From Azolla caroliniana (taxonomy: Eukaryota > Plantae > Polypodiophyta): a stretch of DNA of 64,000 nt. Below the pieces are notes generated by a model. It was not told the origin of the DNA. It saw nothing but the letters and a program-made list of their open reading frames with translations, and did not search any database. The position numbers and the translations under genes were made by a program. Shown here piece by piece: positions 1 to 13,063 of this stretch (position 1 is the stretch's first letter; each line of letters starts with the position of its first letter). Location: NCBI GenBank assembly GCA_043228905.1, contig JBHGNT010000012.1:20398001-20462000 (forward strand). The letters are read 5' to 3'.

Positions 1-415
1 ATTAGTCTAAGTATAGAATTGTCAAATAACCTTGTATTCCATGGATGAACTACGCACATTGACGTTCACCAACACTACATAGAAGAGAGCATAATCATCG
101 AGGACATGGATAGGCAACATAATCTACACCAATCGATAAATCAAGGATATCTTTACCAATGAATTTGGTGTAGATAAGCTTGGACAAAATTTGAGTCCTT
201 GAACTATATTCGCTTGATTCACCAATCTTTGATGGGGAGTGCAAAATTATGACGAAGTGACCCAAGCTCATTGACCACTTGAACTCCAACATATTTGGGC
301 CAATTGATAAGCGAATGATATTTTTCCCAAAACATTTGGTGTGGATAAGTAGCTTGGACAAATCTTGGGGCCGTGGACTATGATCGCTTGATTCGCCAAG
401 CTTTGGTGGGAATGT
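1..415 (+). pseudogene. 3' end of a decayed Ty1/Copia (RNase H remnant and 3' UTR); host of the 416-11632 insertion
   Basis: Start translates to NLVFHG*TTHIDVHQHYI, matching the Copia RNase H motif NPVFHxRTKHIEVHYHFI. The UTR appears to resume at 11633 and leads into an LTR start at 11651. Confidence 0.65.
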
Positions 416-731
416 TGTTGGAGTTTGAGACTGTCAGTGTGGAAGCAAGAACAACATCTATGTTAAGAAGATACTAAGTTAACAAGTTAAAGCAAGATAA
501 AGGAGTCAGAGTGTAATAGAGAGACAAAGAGGCACACAATGTAATAGTCTTATTCCAAAAGTTACAATGCAAGGATGGCCCTCTCAAAATCCTTATAAAC
601 TAGGTTACAAGGCCAGTTATATACTAACTGGGCTAGGGCAACTACCCTTTGTCATATTTACATTATTGTCCCAAACCTAGTCTATCCAAGAGAACATTGT
701 GAATACGGCCATTATACACCCGTATTCGACA
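416..731 (-). repeat. 3' LTR of the 416-11632 Copia
   Basis: TG...CA termini, adjacent PPT, direct repeat of 11321-11632. Confidence 0.9.
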
Positions 732-1009
732 CTCCCCCGTAATGGGCGTATACAACAAAAAATCTATTCCAAAAAGAGTAAACAAGAGAATACATATTTA
801 TACAATTTAAGGTTGTCAAACAAATCAGCCTTGTCTGACTCAGGAAAATTCGGGTCGACCAGGGTCGGAAGGACTTAAGTCGAATCGGCCAATCCGAAAG
901 TACATCTAAGTTGAAGTGTCTGAAGCGAAGTCGTAAGTGCGGATTGTCAAATGTTTGAAACCTATCCTGGGTATCCGACTCAATTGGACCGATTTTTCAG
1001 GATGCCCAT

Positions 1010-3400
1010 CTGGTGCCTAAGAGACCAGAAACGGTTTGCCAGAGACACTTGGTCATCCCATTTGCGACATTATCGGATGTGGATATCTTCTCGAGGCCGA
1101 TTTTCCTTGAAATGGCACGGTCTCGAAAAAAGTGATATCTCACATCGGTGTGCTTCGAGGTGTTGTGTTGGACTGGATTCTTGACAAGGCGACAACAACC
1201 TGACTATCACTATAGACAATTGGAGCCGAGTTGGAGTCATCTTGTCGAAACGTGTGTGCTAGCCAACCGAGCCATAAGATCTCTTTCGCTGTGTTGAACG
1301 GGCTACATATTCGGGCTCGGTTGCTAACGTAGCAGTGCACTCTTGAAGTTTTGACTTCCATGTGATTGCTCCATTGCCAAATTTAAAGCAGTATCCGGTT
1401 GTCGATTTTTGAGTGTCCACATAGCTGACAAAGTATAACCGACTATGCCTGAAGTATAGTTCGGGCCAAATAAGATGCCATAGTCTTTTATGCCTATGAT
1501 GTATCTAAACACATGCTTTATTGCATTCCAATGAGATTGACCGAGATTATGCATGAATCTGTTGATGACTCATGTGACATGAGTAATGTCAGGCCGTGTC
1601 GCGACCATCGTGTACATTAAGGAGCCGACTACTGGTGCATACAATACCGACTTCATATCTTCCCCCTCCAGACTGGATGTTGGGCAATCTCGTTGAGACA
1701 ACCGAAGACTAATTGGGAACGGGGTTGACGCAGATTTGACCAATTGCATGTTGAAGCGTTCAAGGACACGAGCAATGTAGTCGGCTTGCGACAGAAACAA
1801 TTATCGTTGATTCCGATGCTGACTAATCTTCATCCCTAGAATTTGTCTCTCTAGACCGAGGTCCTTCGTGCTGAACAAGATCGACAAGCTCTTCAGCATG
1901 CCGGCCGGAGAGGCGCATGCCATCTACGTAGATGATGAGGAAGATGGGAAACCCATCTTGTTGGGCTGTTTTGGTGAAGAGGCATTGGTCCTCATCGCTC
2001 TTTGAGAAGCCTGACGATTGGATGAAGTCGTCGAACTTCTTATACCACTTATGTGGTGCCTGATTCAGGCCGTATAGACTCTTCTTGAGTCTACATACTA
2101 GATGTTCTTGGTCGGATACCACGAAGCCTTTCGGTTGCTCCATATAAATTTCCTCCTCTAGATCACCATGGAGGAATGTCGTTTTGACATCTAGCTGGAT
2201 TAGCTCCAAATCCTCGACTGCCACAATGCCGAGCATGAAATGAACGCCATATTCAGGTCGGATCTCTTTCGCTACTAATCTAGCCAAGTGAATTTTGGGT
2301 TGGTTGAATTAGACATCTCTTTTAATATGTAGACCCACTTGCACGGAAGAGCTGGTCGATTTTTCGATAGTTCGACTAGGTCCCAAGTCCTATTTTGCCG
2401 AATGGAGGTCATTTCCGACTCCATCGCCAAATGCCATGTGGCTGAATCGGTTGATGCTGTCTTGTGCTAGCCGACTCATTGAACACTATGTTTGAACTTC
2501 AGATGATTTGTCTGTGCTCGGGGTCCTAGAGTCGGTATCCAATGTCACCATCTGGTCCATAGCCAAGAAAAATGCATTTCCTTGACCTTGGTTCAAGTTT
2601 TCGGCAATCGTCTTTTGGTATGAGTGCATATGCCTCACATTCGAAAATCCTCAGCTTGTCGTAATCCGGTTTACTACTAGTCCATAATTCCTGAGGTATT
2701 TGAAGTCTTAGAGGTCGGCTACATATTGATTATGTGTATTGCCGTAAGTAGCACCTTTGCCCAGAAGCCATCCGATATAGTCCGGTGTGTTGGAGCATGG
2801 ACACTATTCGTTCCTGAATTGTTTGATTCATCCATTCGGCAATTCCATTCTACCCCAAACTATGAGGTGCTGTGTATTCATGCTTGATGCCACGCTGTCG
2901 GCAAAATTTGACGAATTCCTCTGATCTGAACTCCCCATTATCAGTCTGAAGACATTTCAGTTTTCGACCATGGCGAGCCATTCGTGAAAGATCGAGAATG
3001 CCCGATCTTTGGTTCTGGCCACATCTGCCCACACCTTGCGACTCGAATCATCGATGAAGCTGATGAAGTAGGAGGCTCCACCAAGGATTGATGTGGCATC
3101 GGGCCACAGACATCTGAATGGACTAAATCGAGTGGACTGGATTCTCTTGGGGTTGCCGTCGGGTGTGAGGTTGCGGCTTGTTTGCTGTACTGGTAGTGCT
3201 GCAAAATTGGTGATCCGAGAAGGAGAGTTTGGGGATGTATTCGGCTCTAGATAAATGCGTGATGTTGGCCTTGCTAAGTAGTCCGAGTTGGTCTTGCCAT
3301 AACGATGACACGGGAATATCTACCACGAATAAGTCACCCTCTTGGAGAGTGACATATAGTGGGTATAGTGAGTATACCTTCGGTCCTCTAGCAAGTAGGA
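1010..3400 (-). pseudogene. Copia pol remnant (IN-RT-RH) of the outer element
   Basis: ORF fragments: LKKSLYGLNQAP, IYVDGM, YAPVVGSLMY, HWNAIKHVFRY, DLVHSDVCGP. Confidence 0.88.
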
Positions 3401-3965
3401 GGTTCTGTTGTATGCAACCGACTGATGCAGAACAATATCTTAGCACTCTTGGTTATGAAGATCGTCAAATGAATAGATAGAGAAACAAATTTAGAGCAAT
3501 AGGTAACTAGATCATAAGACAAAGTCAACAAAGAAACAAGAAGAAGAAAACAATGATAGCACAAGCAAGATGTAACTGTATTATTCAAGCTTTGAGTTAT
3601 AAACGAATGGCGGCAACAACCCCAAAAATGAACTAATTTAACATTAGGTTACAAAAGTCAATTTGAATACTAAGTGACTTAGGGCAACTACCCTTTCCAC
3701 TATTTACACAAATAGCCTAAACCTAGTGTGTCCAAGAGAGAGAAGGAATCTGTAATAAACGAAAAAGGAGTACAAATTTATACAAGGTTGTCAAACAATT
3801 CGGTTTTGTTCAAGTCGGAAAATCCAAGAGCAGAAGGCTGAATCGGCCGGGGTTGGAAGAATTGAAGCCGAGCCTTGAACTGTCGATGATGATTATCCGA
3901 AACCGTCTTGAATGTCCGACTCAATCAGACTGATTCTTCATTACACCCATATGCTACCGAAGGGA

Positions 3966-6900
3966 TCAAAATCGATCCGCCGAAAGACAATTGGTCATCC
4001 CATCTGCGACATTATCGAATGTAGGTATCTTCTTGAGGCCGATTTTCCCTGAAATGACGCAATCCTGAACAAAGTGGTATCTCACATTGATGTGTTTCAA
4101 GGCCTTGTGCAGAATCGGAATTTTCAATAGAGCAACAACACCGTAACTGTCACTGTAGAAAACTAGAGCCGAGTCGAAATAAACTTGTCGAAACATGGGA
4201 GCCAGTCGAGCAAGCCATAAGGCCACTTTCGCCGCGTCGGATGCGACAACATATTCGGCATCGGTCGTTGACGTGGTAGTGCACTCCTGAAGTTTCGACT
4301 TCCACGAGATTGTTCCATTACTGAATTTAAGGCAATATCCGGTTCCTAACTTTCGATTGTCTATGCAATAGACAAAGTCTGAGTCGGTATAACCGATTAC
4401 GCCTGAAGTGTTGTTCGGGCCAAATAGAATGCCATTGTCCTTTGTGCCCATCATATATCTGAACACATGCTTGGCTGCATTCCAATGCGATGGGCTAGGA
4501 TTGTGCATAAATCTATCGACGATGCCGATGGCGTGAGCAATGTCAGGCCATGTCGCGACCATCGTGTACATCAGGGAGCCGACTACCGGTGCATATGGTA
4601 CTAACTTCATAACTTCCCCCTCCGAACCGAATGTCGGACAGTCTCGCGGAGACAGTCGAAGATTAATGGGGAGCGGGTCGAAGCAGATTTGGTTGATTGC
4701 ATGTTGAAGCGTTCTAAGACATGTCCAATATAGTCAGATTGAGACAGAAACAGTTGTCGTCGATTTTGATTCCGGCTTATCTTCATCTCGAGAATGTGTC
4801 TTCCTGGACGGTCCTTCATGGAAAACTTCAATCGTAGTTTCCGAACAAGTTCGGTGACCTCTCTGGTATGTCGACTAGAGAGTAGCATGATGAGAAAGAT
4901 GGGAGACCCATCTTGTGTTGTTTTGGTGAAGAGGCAATGGTCCTCTTCATTCTTTGAGAAGCCAACTTCTTGTACCACTGTCTAGGTGCTTGCTTTAGGC
5001 CGTATGGAATCTTCTTGAGTCAGCAGACAAGATGTTCCTTGCCGTATTCAACAAAGCCTTTCGGCTGCTCCATATAAATTTCCTCCTCTAGATCGCCATG
5101 GAGGAAGGCCATTTTTACATCTAGCTAGATCAACTCCAAGTCCTCGTCTGCCACTACATCGAGTAGAAAGTGAAGGGTCTTCATTTTCACCACTGGTTGA
5201 AAGATCTCGTCGAAGTCGACACCATATTCTTGTCGGAAGCCCTTAGGTACTAATCTGGCCTTGAATTTTGGGGTGGCTGAATCTGATGTCTCTTTTAATC
5301 TGTAGACCCACTTGCATGGAAGAGCACGTCGATTTTTCGGTAGACCGACCAAATCCCAAGTCTTGTTTGCCTAAATGGGGTTCATTTCTGACTCCATCGC
5401 TAGATGCCATGTGGCTGAATTAGATGATATACATGCTTCTTCGTATGACGTTGGTTCACTGGCGTTCGTAAAGACGATTCTAGGAGAGTACCTTGCCAAG
5501 GGCTGCAATAGTCTCTCGGATCTTCGAGGTATGATTGGACTAGTCACATCGGGTGTCTGAGTCGGATGGTCCAAGCCGAATCATTCGGCTGTGCCGACTC
5601 GAGTGTTGCGGAGTTGGTGCGAGAGGATTCAGCTACCCATGAAGCCGACCTCGTGTTATGGGCCTTCATGAAGGGTCAACACATCTGAAAAGATTACCCT
5701 TCGGACGTCAATAGGCCGTTCGACCGTCTTGTGCATAGCCGACTCATTGAACACTACGTCTGAATATCTGATGATCTGTCTGTGCTTGGTGTCCCAAAGT
5801 CGGTATTCAATCTCGCTATCTGGTCCATAGCCAAGGAAAATACATTTCCTGGACCGTGGTTCTAATTTGTGGCAATCGTCTTTTTGTATGAGGGCGTATG
5901 CCTCGCATCTGAAAATCCTCAACTTGTCATAATTCGTCTTCCTGCCGGTCCATAATTCCTGAGGTACTTGAAGTCCTAGAGGCCTAATCCGCGACATGTT
6001 AATTATGTGTAATGCCGTAAGTAGGGCCTTTGCCTAGAAGCCATCCGACAATCTAGAGTGTTGGAGCATGGATACTATCCTTTCTTGAATTTTCCGATTC
6101 ATCTGCTTGACAATTCCGTTCTGCTCCGAACTGTGTGGTGCCGTGTATTCACATCTAGTGTCGTGTTGTCAGCAAAATCTGACAAATTCTTCTGATTTGA
6201 ACTCTCTTTCGTTGTCAGTTTGAAGGCATTTTAGCTTTCGACTTGAATGATTTTCTACCATTGCGAGCCATTCGGAAAAGACCGAGAACACCGAATCTTT
6301 TGTTCGGATCGGATAAGCCCACACCTTCCGAGTCGAATCGTCGATAAAACTGACGAAGTACAATGCACCTCTGAGAGACTGATGTGGCATAGGGCCACAA
6401 ACATCCGAGTGGACCAAATCGAGTGGACTCGATTCTCTCAGTACTGTCGTTGGGTGTGATGCAGATGTCTGTTTGCCATATTGGCAATGCTCACAAAATT
6501 GATGATCAGAGAAGGAGAGTTTGGGAATTATCTGGCTTTGGATGAATGCATGATGTCGGCCTTGTTGAGGTGTTTGAGTCATCCGTGTCATAGCAACAAC
6601 ACAGGAATGTCCACCAAAAACAAGTCGCCCTCTCTGAGTGTGACATATAACAAGTACGATGAATGAACCTTCGGGCATCGAGCAAGTAGGAGGTTCCCCT
6701 TGTGGAGTGTCCACCCTCTTGATGAGAAGTCGACACGGATTCTGTCTTCGTCCAATTGTCCGACCGAGATCAAAGGACTTGAGAGCTCAGGTACATGGCA
6801 GGCATTGTGTAATACAAGTGTGGAGCCACCTGGAAGGTTGAGCTTTAAAGTGCCGATTCCGAAGATTGCGCAATGCTGCAAATTTCCGACTCGGATTGAG

Positions 6901-7880
6901 TCGGAGTGTCGGGCCGAATAATGTCGAAATTGAGATCTATGAGGAGTCATGTGATAGGACACACCCGAATTCAGTCGTAAGCACAACTTCTGATTCGACC
7001 GAGTGTTCGATAAACAGAATGTTCGTGTCATTCGACAATACTTTGGCTGAAGAGCCGATGTAATTGACCTCCTCATGCCGACCACTCTTCTGATCAGCTC
7101 GCTAAGATTTATCATTCTTGACTTTGAGTGCGCGACAATCGGCTTTGATATGCCTTGGTTTCTTGCAATAGTTGCAGATTCGATTGTCTCAAGACTTGCG
7201 CTAACTTCGCTAATTGTTCGGAGGTCGGGAAGAACTTCTTCCTCGACTATTCAATCGATTAGTCGAACTTTGTACTATGTAAGAGTCATTGGCCGAGTCT
7301 TTTGCAAACGATTTCCTCCGAGCATCTTCAATCATGATTGCGCTTGTGACTATGGAGTACTTCACGGTGGCAGTTGATGCATTGCACATAGTTGTGATGA
7401 AAGTATCCCACGAAGGGGGGAGACTACTCATGAAAAGCATGGCTTTTAGTTCATCCTCAATAGTCGTCCCCTGAGCTGAGATTTGGGAGGTTAGGCTTTC
7501 ATAATCATTGAGGTGTGCTTGGATTGAATAAGATTCTTTCATCCGAAGGTTGTAAAGGCGCCGAATTAGATATATCTTTGTGGCGACTACCTTCTTCTCA
7601 TAAGAGTCCGAGAGTGTCTTCCATTGTTGAAAGGACATCAAACACGATTGCATAGTGAAGTACACTGACTCCGACAAGTGCATCCGAATGGTGGCTCAAA
7701 CAATTCTATCAAGTTTTGTTCACTCATTCGGCTTGATTCCTTCTGGAGGGTTTTTGACTCGATCGGATCTATCTGACCCCTAACTATTAGATAGTCTTGC
7801 ATATGCTCCTTCCAAAAGTTGAAGTTCGATCTGCTGAACTTCCTTAGACTCATCTCTAATGAGCCGGATGTTGATGCCAT
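3966..7880 (-). pseudogene. Copia gag-pol of the nested element, broken by stops and frameshifts
   Basis: Gag (LRKFSRSNFNFWK, SLPPSW), IN (CEHCQYGK, FIDDSTRKVW), RT (KARLVPKGFRQ), RH (WKSKLQ, KHINVRYHF). Confidence 0.9.
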
Positions 7881-8735
7881 CTATGTCAGTTGATTAGACT
7901 CTGTTTGGAGTTGAATACAAACGGTGGTGGATGCAACCGACTGGCTCACCCGATATCATTCTAGTTGGATTCAAACACAAGTTGAATTGGCTTCAACTAT
8001 TGGCTGATTCTATTTGAAGTGACTACAGTTGATCGACTTAGCCGAGTTGGATACAAATACGTCGATTGGAATTAGAATATTAGTTGGGTGCTAAACTTGC
8101 TTGGAGTGGCTATGGTGAGTAGGGGAACAGAGCCGATTGGTCTTCCCAAATATCACCTAATCGAATTGAGCAAAGTTAGCTACCGATTCGATTCCAATGC
8201 TGATTTCAAGATACCGATCACAGAACATGTGACGATTATCCATGCTGATCTTGCTTCGAATGACTATGACGATGAGAGGGATGGATCCTATTGGTCCTCC
8301 CGAATGTCGTCTAGCTGAATGAAGCACGGATAGGGGTTGTTCCTTGGAGCCCAATCTGCTACGAGTGATTATGAAGAGCGAGTGAATAGTGTTGATCGAC
8401 CTATTCGATTGTCGTCTAACCTAATGAAGCAAGATTGAGGCAGAACTTATAGAACGAAGTCTCACTTTGAGCAGCTACAATCACAAGAGTAACGTATAGC
8501 CAATTGGGTTACTTCAAGAGTGATTTAGAACAATGGAGTGCAGATTTTCCAAGTGTTTCTCTTTGTTGAATATGATCTTGTGAAGAGTTTCCAGATGAAG
8601 GATTTCAGTACGATTGAAATCTTGGAATTTGTTATAGCGAAAACTATCTTCGGAAGGGACAAAAGAGAGTTGCTGATGAAGAACAAAGTAGACGGCGGCA
8701 ATGGGATCAAGAAAACGCCAAGCTCTGATACCAAA

Positions 8736-9092
8736 TGTTGTATGCAATCGACTGATGCGGAACAATATCTCAACACTCTTGGTTATGAAGATCTTCATAT
8801 GAATAGATAGAGAAACAGATTTAGAGCAATAGCAACTAGATCATAAGACAAGATCAACAAAGCAACAGGAAGAAGAACATGGTGATAGCACAAGCAAGAT
8901 GTAATAGTATTATTCAAGCTCTCAGTTACAAACGAATGTCGGCAACAACCCCAAAAATGAACTACTTTAACATTAGGTTACAAAAGTCAGTTTGAATACT
9001 ATCTGACCTTTCCACTATTTAAAGAATTAGCCTAAACCTAGTGTGTCCAATGGGACAATGTGAATACGTCCATTAGAGACCCGTATTCGACA
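8736..9092 (-). repeat. 5' LTR of the nested Copia
   Basis: tgttgtatgc...attcgaca, next to the PBS; repeat of 3406-3736. Confidence 0.9.
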
Positions 9093-9097
9093 GGTTC

Positions 9098-10256
9098 CCC
9101 CTGTGGAGTGTCAACCTCCTGACGAGAAGTCGGCACAAATGCCATCTTCGTCCAATTGTTCGATTGACATTAGTGGACTTGAGAGCTTAGGTATGTGTTA
9201 GACATTATGTAGTACTAGTGTAGAGACACTTGGAAGGTTAAGCTCTATAGTATCGATTCCTATGATCGCACAATGTTGCGAATTCCTGACTCGAACAGTG
9301 ACACGTGAGGAGTTACGTGGTATGACGCACCCGAATGTAGGAGGCATGTGCTCGATTCCTCAGTCGTAAGTAGAACTTCTGATTTGACTGAGTTTTCAAT
9401 GGATAGTATATTAGGGTCGTCCATCAATACTTTGGTTGAAGAGCCGATATAGTTATCCTCCTTAGGCTGACCTCCCTTCTGATCTGCTCATTGAGCCTTA
9501 TCGTTTTTGGCTTTGAGGGTGTGACAATCAGCCTTGATGTGTCTAGGTTTCTTGCAGTAGTTGCAGGTTCAACTATCCTAGGACTTGCTCCGGCTTCACG
9601 CATTGTTCAACGGTTGGGAAGAACTTCTTCCTCGATTGTTCGGTCGATCAACCAAACCTTGTACTATGTAGGTGTCAATGGCCAAATCGTTTACAAACGA
9701 TTTCCTTCGAGTTGCTTCAATCAAGATTGAACTTGTGACTTCGGAGTACTTTATTGCAACAATTGACACATTGCACACGGTTGTGACGAAAGTTTCCCAA
9801 GAAGGGGGGAGACTACTCATTAGCAGCATTGCTTTTAGTTCGTCTTCAATTGTCTTCCCCTAAGCCGAAATTTGGGAGCTTCAGCTTTCATACCCATTGA
9901 GGTGTGCCTAGACCGAGTCAAATTCTTTCATCCGATGGTTGTAGAGACGCCGGATATATCTTAGTTTCGGCGACCTTCTTTTCATAAGTGTCCGTGAGTG
10001 TCTTCCATAGTTGAAGGAAGTTGAACACAATTGCATTGTGAAGTACACTGAATCCGACAAGTGCATTTGAATGGTGGTGCGGAAAATTCTGTCTAGCTTT
10101 GTCCACTCATTCAACTTCTATCCTTCTGGAGCGTTTTCAATCTCAATTGGGTCAATCTAACCCTTGACTATTATATAGTCCTGCATCTTCCTTCCAGAAG
10201 TTGAAGTTCGATCCGTCAAACTTCCTTAGACTCATCTCTGACAAGCCAAATGCCAT
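9098..10256 (-). pseudogene. Copia gag-protease remnant of the outer element
   Basis: LLMSSLPPSWETFVTTVCN and LRKFDGSNFNFWK-like segments; continues the sequence interrupted at 3405. Confidence 0.85.
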
Positions 10257-11320
10257 TTTGATTTGATCTGACTAGCCATTTGACATGGCCGACAAGTCAA
10301 CTATCGTTTTTGGTCTAATTGTTGATTTAATGGAAATGAAACGATTCTTTTTTCAGCCCTTCATGCTGAATCCACATGTTTACTACGAATGTAGATGCTT
10401 GTTAAAAGCAACAACTACTTTCTGTGGGTTTGAACCTCTTTCTTGTTTTCTTACTTGTAAAAGGTCTGATGGTTGAAAATAGAATCTGCAAAGCTAAGGT
10501 TTTAATTTAATGTAGCCTACACCACCTCTTTTTTCCTTGTTCAGTATAGAAAAAGAAATAAAATGGGCGACACACTATGAACATTCGGGCCTCGAATTTG
10601 ATCTAACCGAATTGGACACAAACTTAGTCGACTGTATGGTCGATTCTGCTTGAAGTGGCTACAGCCAAGTGTGGAGTTGAACCGACTGGTCTGTCCTTTG
10701 TGATGCCTAGCCGAATTGAGCACGAATCATGAAGATTGGATTGTCGATTTGACTTGGTTGCCGATCCTCCTTGAATTGACTACATCAACCAGAGGGACAA
10801 AATCGGTTGTTCTTCGCGAATGTTGCTTAGCCGAGATAAGCACGGATTAGACCGATCAAAGTGCGAATCATAGTGTTAGTGTGTCGTTTTCAGTGATGAT
10901 CTTGCTTTGAGTGGCTATGATAAAGGGAGGGACAGAGCCAATTGGTCTTCCCGAATCTCTTCTAGCTAGATGGAGCACAAATAACTTTAGATCTAAAGCC
11001 TATTCTACTTCAATTGGTTACAACAATTAAATGGGCAGTACCGACTGGCCTGTTCGAATGCTGCCTAACCTGATAATGCACAAATTAGACTTGTTTGAGG
11101 TGGGTTTTAGTCCGAGTGGCTACGATCACAAGAACGAGGTATAGTTGATTGGCCTACTTGGGAGGTGATCTAGCTAAGTGGAGTGCGAACCAACTAGTGT
11201 CTTTCTTCTCTTCTCTTGATAGTTGTCGAACTTAGGGTCTTCAAGAAGACATGGACAAAGATGGTGTTGAAGACAGATGAAGGCTGACAATGAGTTGAAG
11301 AACCTTGCTCTGATAAGAGA

Positions 11321-11632
11321 TGTTGGAGTTTGAGACTGTCAGTGTGGAAGCAAGAACACCATCTATCTTAAGAAGATCATTAAGTCAACAAGTTAAAGCA
11401 AGATCAAGGAGACAGAGTGAGAGAGAGAGAGACAAAGAGGCACACAATGTAACAGTCTTATTCCAAAAGTTACAATGCAAGGATGGGACTCTCAAAACCC
11501 TTATGAAGTAGGTTACAAGGCCAGTTATATACTAACTAGGCTGGGCAACTACCCTTTGACATATTTACATTATTGTCCTAAACCTAGTCTATCCAAGAAA
11601 ACAATGTGAATATGGCCATTATACACCCATAT
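11321..11632 (-). repeat. 5' LTR of the 416-11632 Copia (terminal ~6 bp lost)
   Basis: Direct repeat of 416-731 ending ...acacccatat instead of ...acacccgtattcgaca. Confidence 0.88.
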
Positions 11633-11650
11633 AATGCTACTTGATGGGAA

Positions 11651-12023
11651 TGTTGAGATATCAAACTCAATTGTTAAGTGTGTATGTGATCCCACAAGTA
11701 ATGGTTGCATTTGTGTGGCTCAATTGTACTAAGTGTGTGTGATCACACAAGTGGTGGGTGCACATGTGTGCATTAAAATTCATTCACTACCTTATTATAT
11801 AGAGCAACCCTCTCCCCACCAAAATAATAATGATGATGAGAGAGCAGGTTGCAATCTATTGAGAAGGTAATATTACATAGAGCAACCCCCTCCTCACATG
11901 TAAGTGTTGGTTTATAGTACAATCTTAGTGTTAGTATACATACTCGTCTTTAGGATTGTGTTAATCTCTCTTTTACTTTATCTCACATACTCATTTGTTG
12001 CATGTGGAACTAAATACCTATAC
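11651..12023 (+). repeat. Probable 3' LTR of the Copia at 1-415 (right end approximate)
   Basis: Purine-rich ttgatgggaa then tgttgagatatcaaactcaa, similar to LTR starts at 27728 and 33924. Confidence 0.5.
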
Positions 12024-13063
12024 AACAATAAGTTCTTTAGAAAAGCTTATCTTCCTATTGCTCAATAGAGTTTTGATTCCTGTGTTGGACATTTGCCTTT
12101 CTCAAACAAGACAATAATCTCTTCAATCCTCATTAGTGATGACGCTAACAAATAGCTTACATACCCACCATCACCAAAGTTCTGACTTCCACTCCTACGA
12201 GCAATGCAATTCTCTAGATAAGTCCCTTTTCATTTGGCAATGATGCACTCCATCTCCTTCAACCATGATTTTTCTTGATTGAGGATTTTCTCTTCAACAG
12301 TTGTTGCTCATGGTCATACAATCAAGGCATTGGATCAACTATTGCAATCTATTGCACGATCTCGAACACAAGGAATGGCATGTCTTGGGGGGGGGGGGGG
12401 GAGTCACCCCCTTCGAGTGTTGGTGGTTGTTAGTTGATAGAATGCCAAGACTAAAGAGTGACAATGACACACATGGATTAGCCTTCATGTGGCAAATATT
12501 GTAGGTTTCGTAGCAAAACACCGTAATACACTAACAAGACATAAGAATACTAAAGGTAAAACCTTTATAAGGGAGTAGGGGAGTAATAACACCAATTAGA
12601 AAATGAAAGAATATAAATTAAGCTAGCCGATGTTACAATAGAGTGATTAGGGGAGTCATATTACTGATAGGAGTGGGAGTACTAGTAAATTATACAACTT
12701 GTATTTAATGGTTATAGGTGTAATTTATTACATTGATGGGGGGCCAAGCTGTATTGTGCAATGTGTATTACAACAGGGATGCCCAATGTTATCTAATCTC
12801 CCCCCACTAACTATTCCACTAATTAGTTTATGCTATGACATCATTCAATTGATTACCTCTTTCTTGCGAATCTTTGGTTGTGCCATGTGTCATGCACACA
12901 TTGATCACTTCTTGGAATTCTCTTCCATTAGGTCTTTATAGTTATTCTTTGTTACCACACTTTTTCTTTTTGTATTTATTGCTATTTAAAATGAAAGATA
13001 CACAAGACGCCATTCACCAATGATACACGACATGCCATTCACCAATGCATGTATGACATGTGG

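Larger units (their letters stand above)
3406..9092 (-). mobile_element. Decayed Ty1/Copia nested in a closely related element
   Basis: LTRs 3406-~3736 (inner end and PPT deleted) and 8736-9092. Exact TSD ggttc (3401-3405 / 9093-9097). Met PBS complement gctctgatacca at 8722-8733. Confidence 0.93.
416..11632 (-). mobile_element. Decayed full-length Ty1/Copia element, interrupted by a related element
   Basis: LTR pair 416-731 and 11321-~11632 (both start tgttggagtttgagactgtc on +). PPT complement ctccccc at 732-738; degenerate Met PBS complement gctctgata just before 11321. Flanks aatgt/aatgc. Minus-strand Gag, PR, IN (DLVHSDVCGP), RT (QLDVKTTFLHG) and RH fragments with many stops. Confidence 0.88.

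Noticed and set aside
12030-12330. LINE RT remnant on the minus strand
   Set aside because: Only a faint resemblance to the YKLxAKV motif; too decayed to support.
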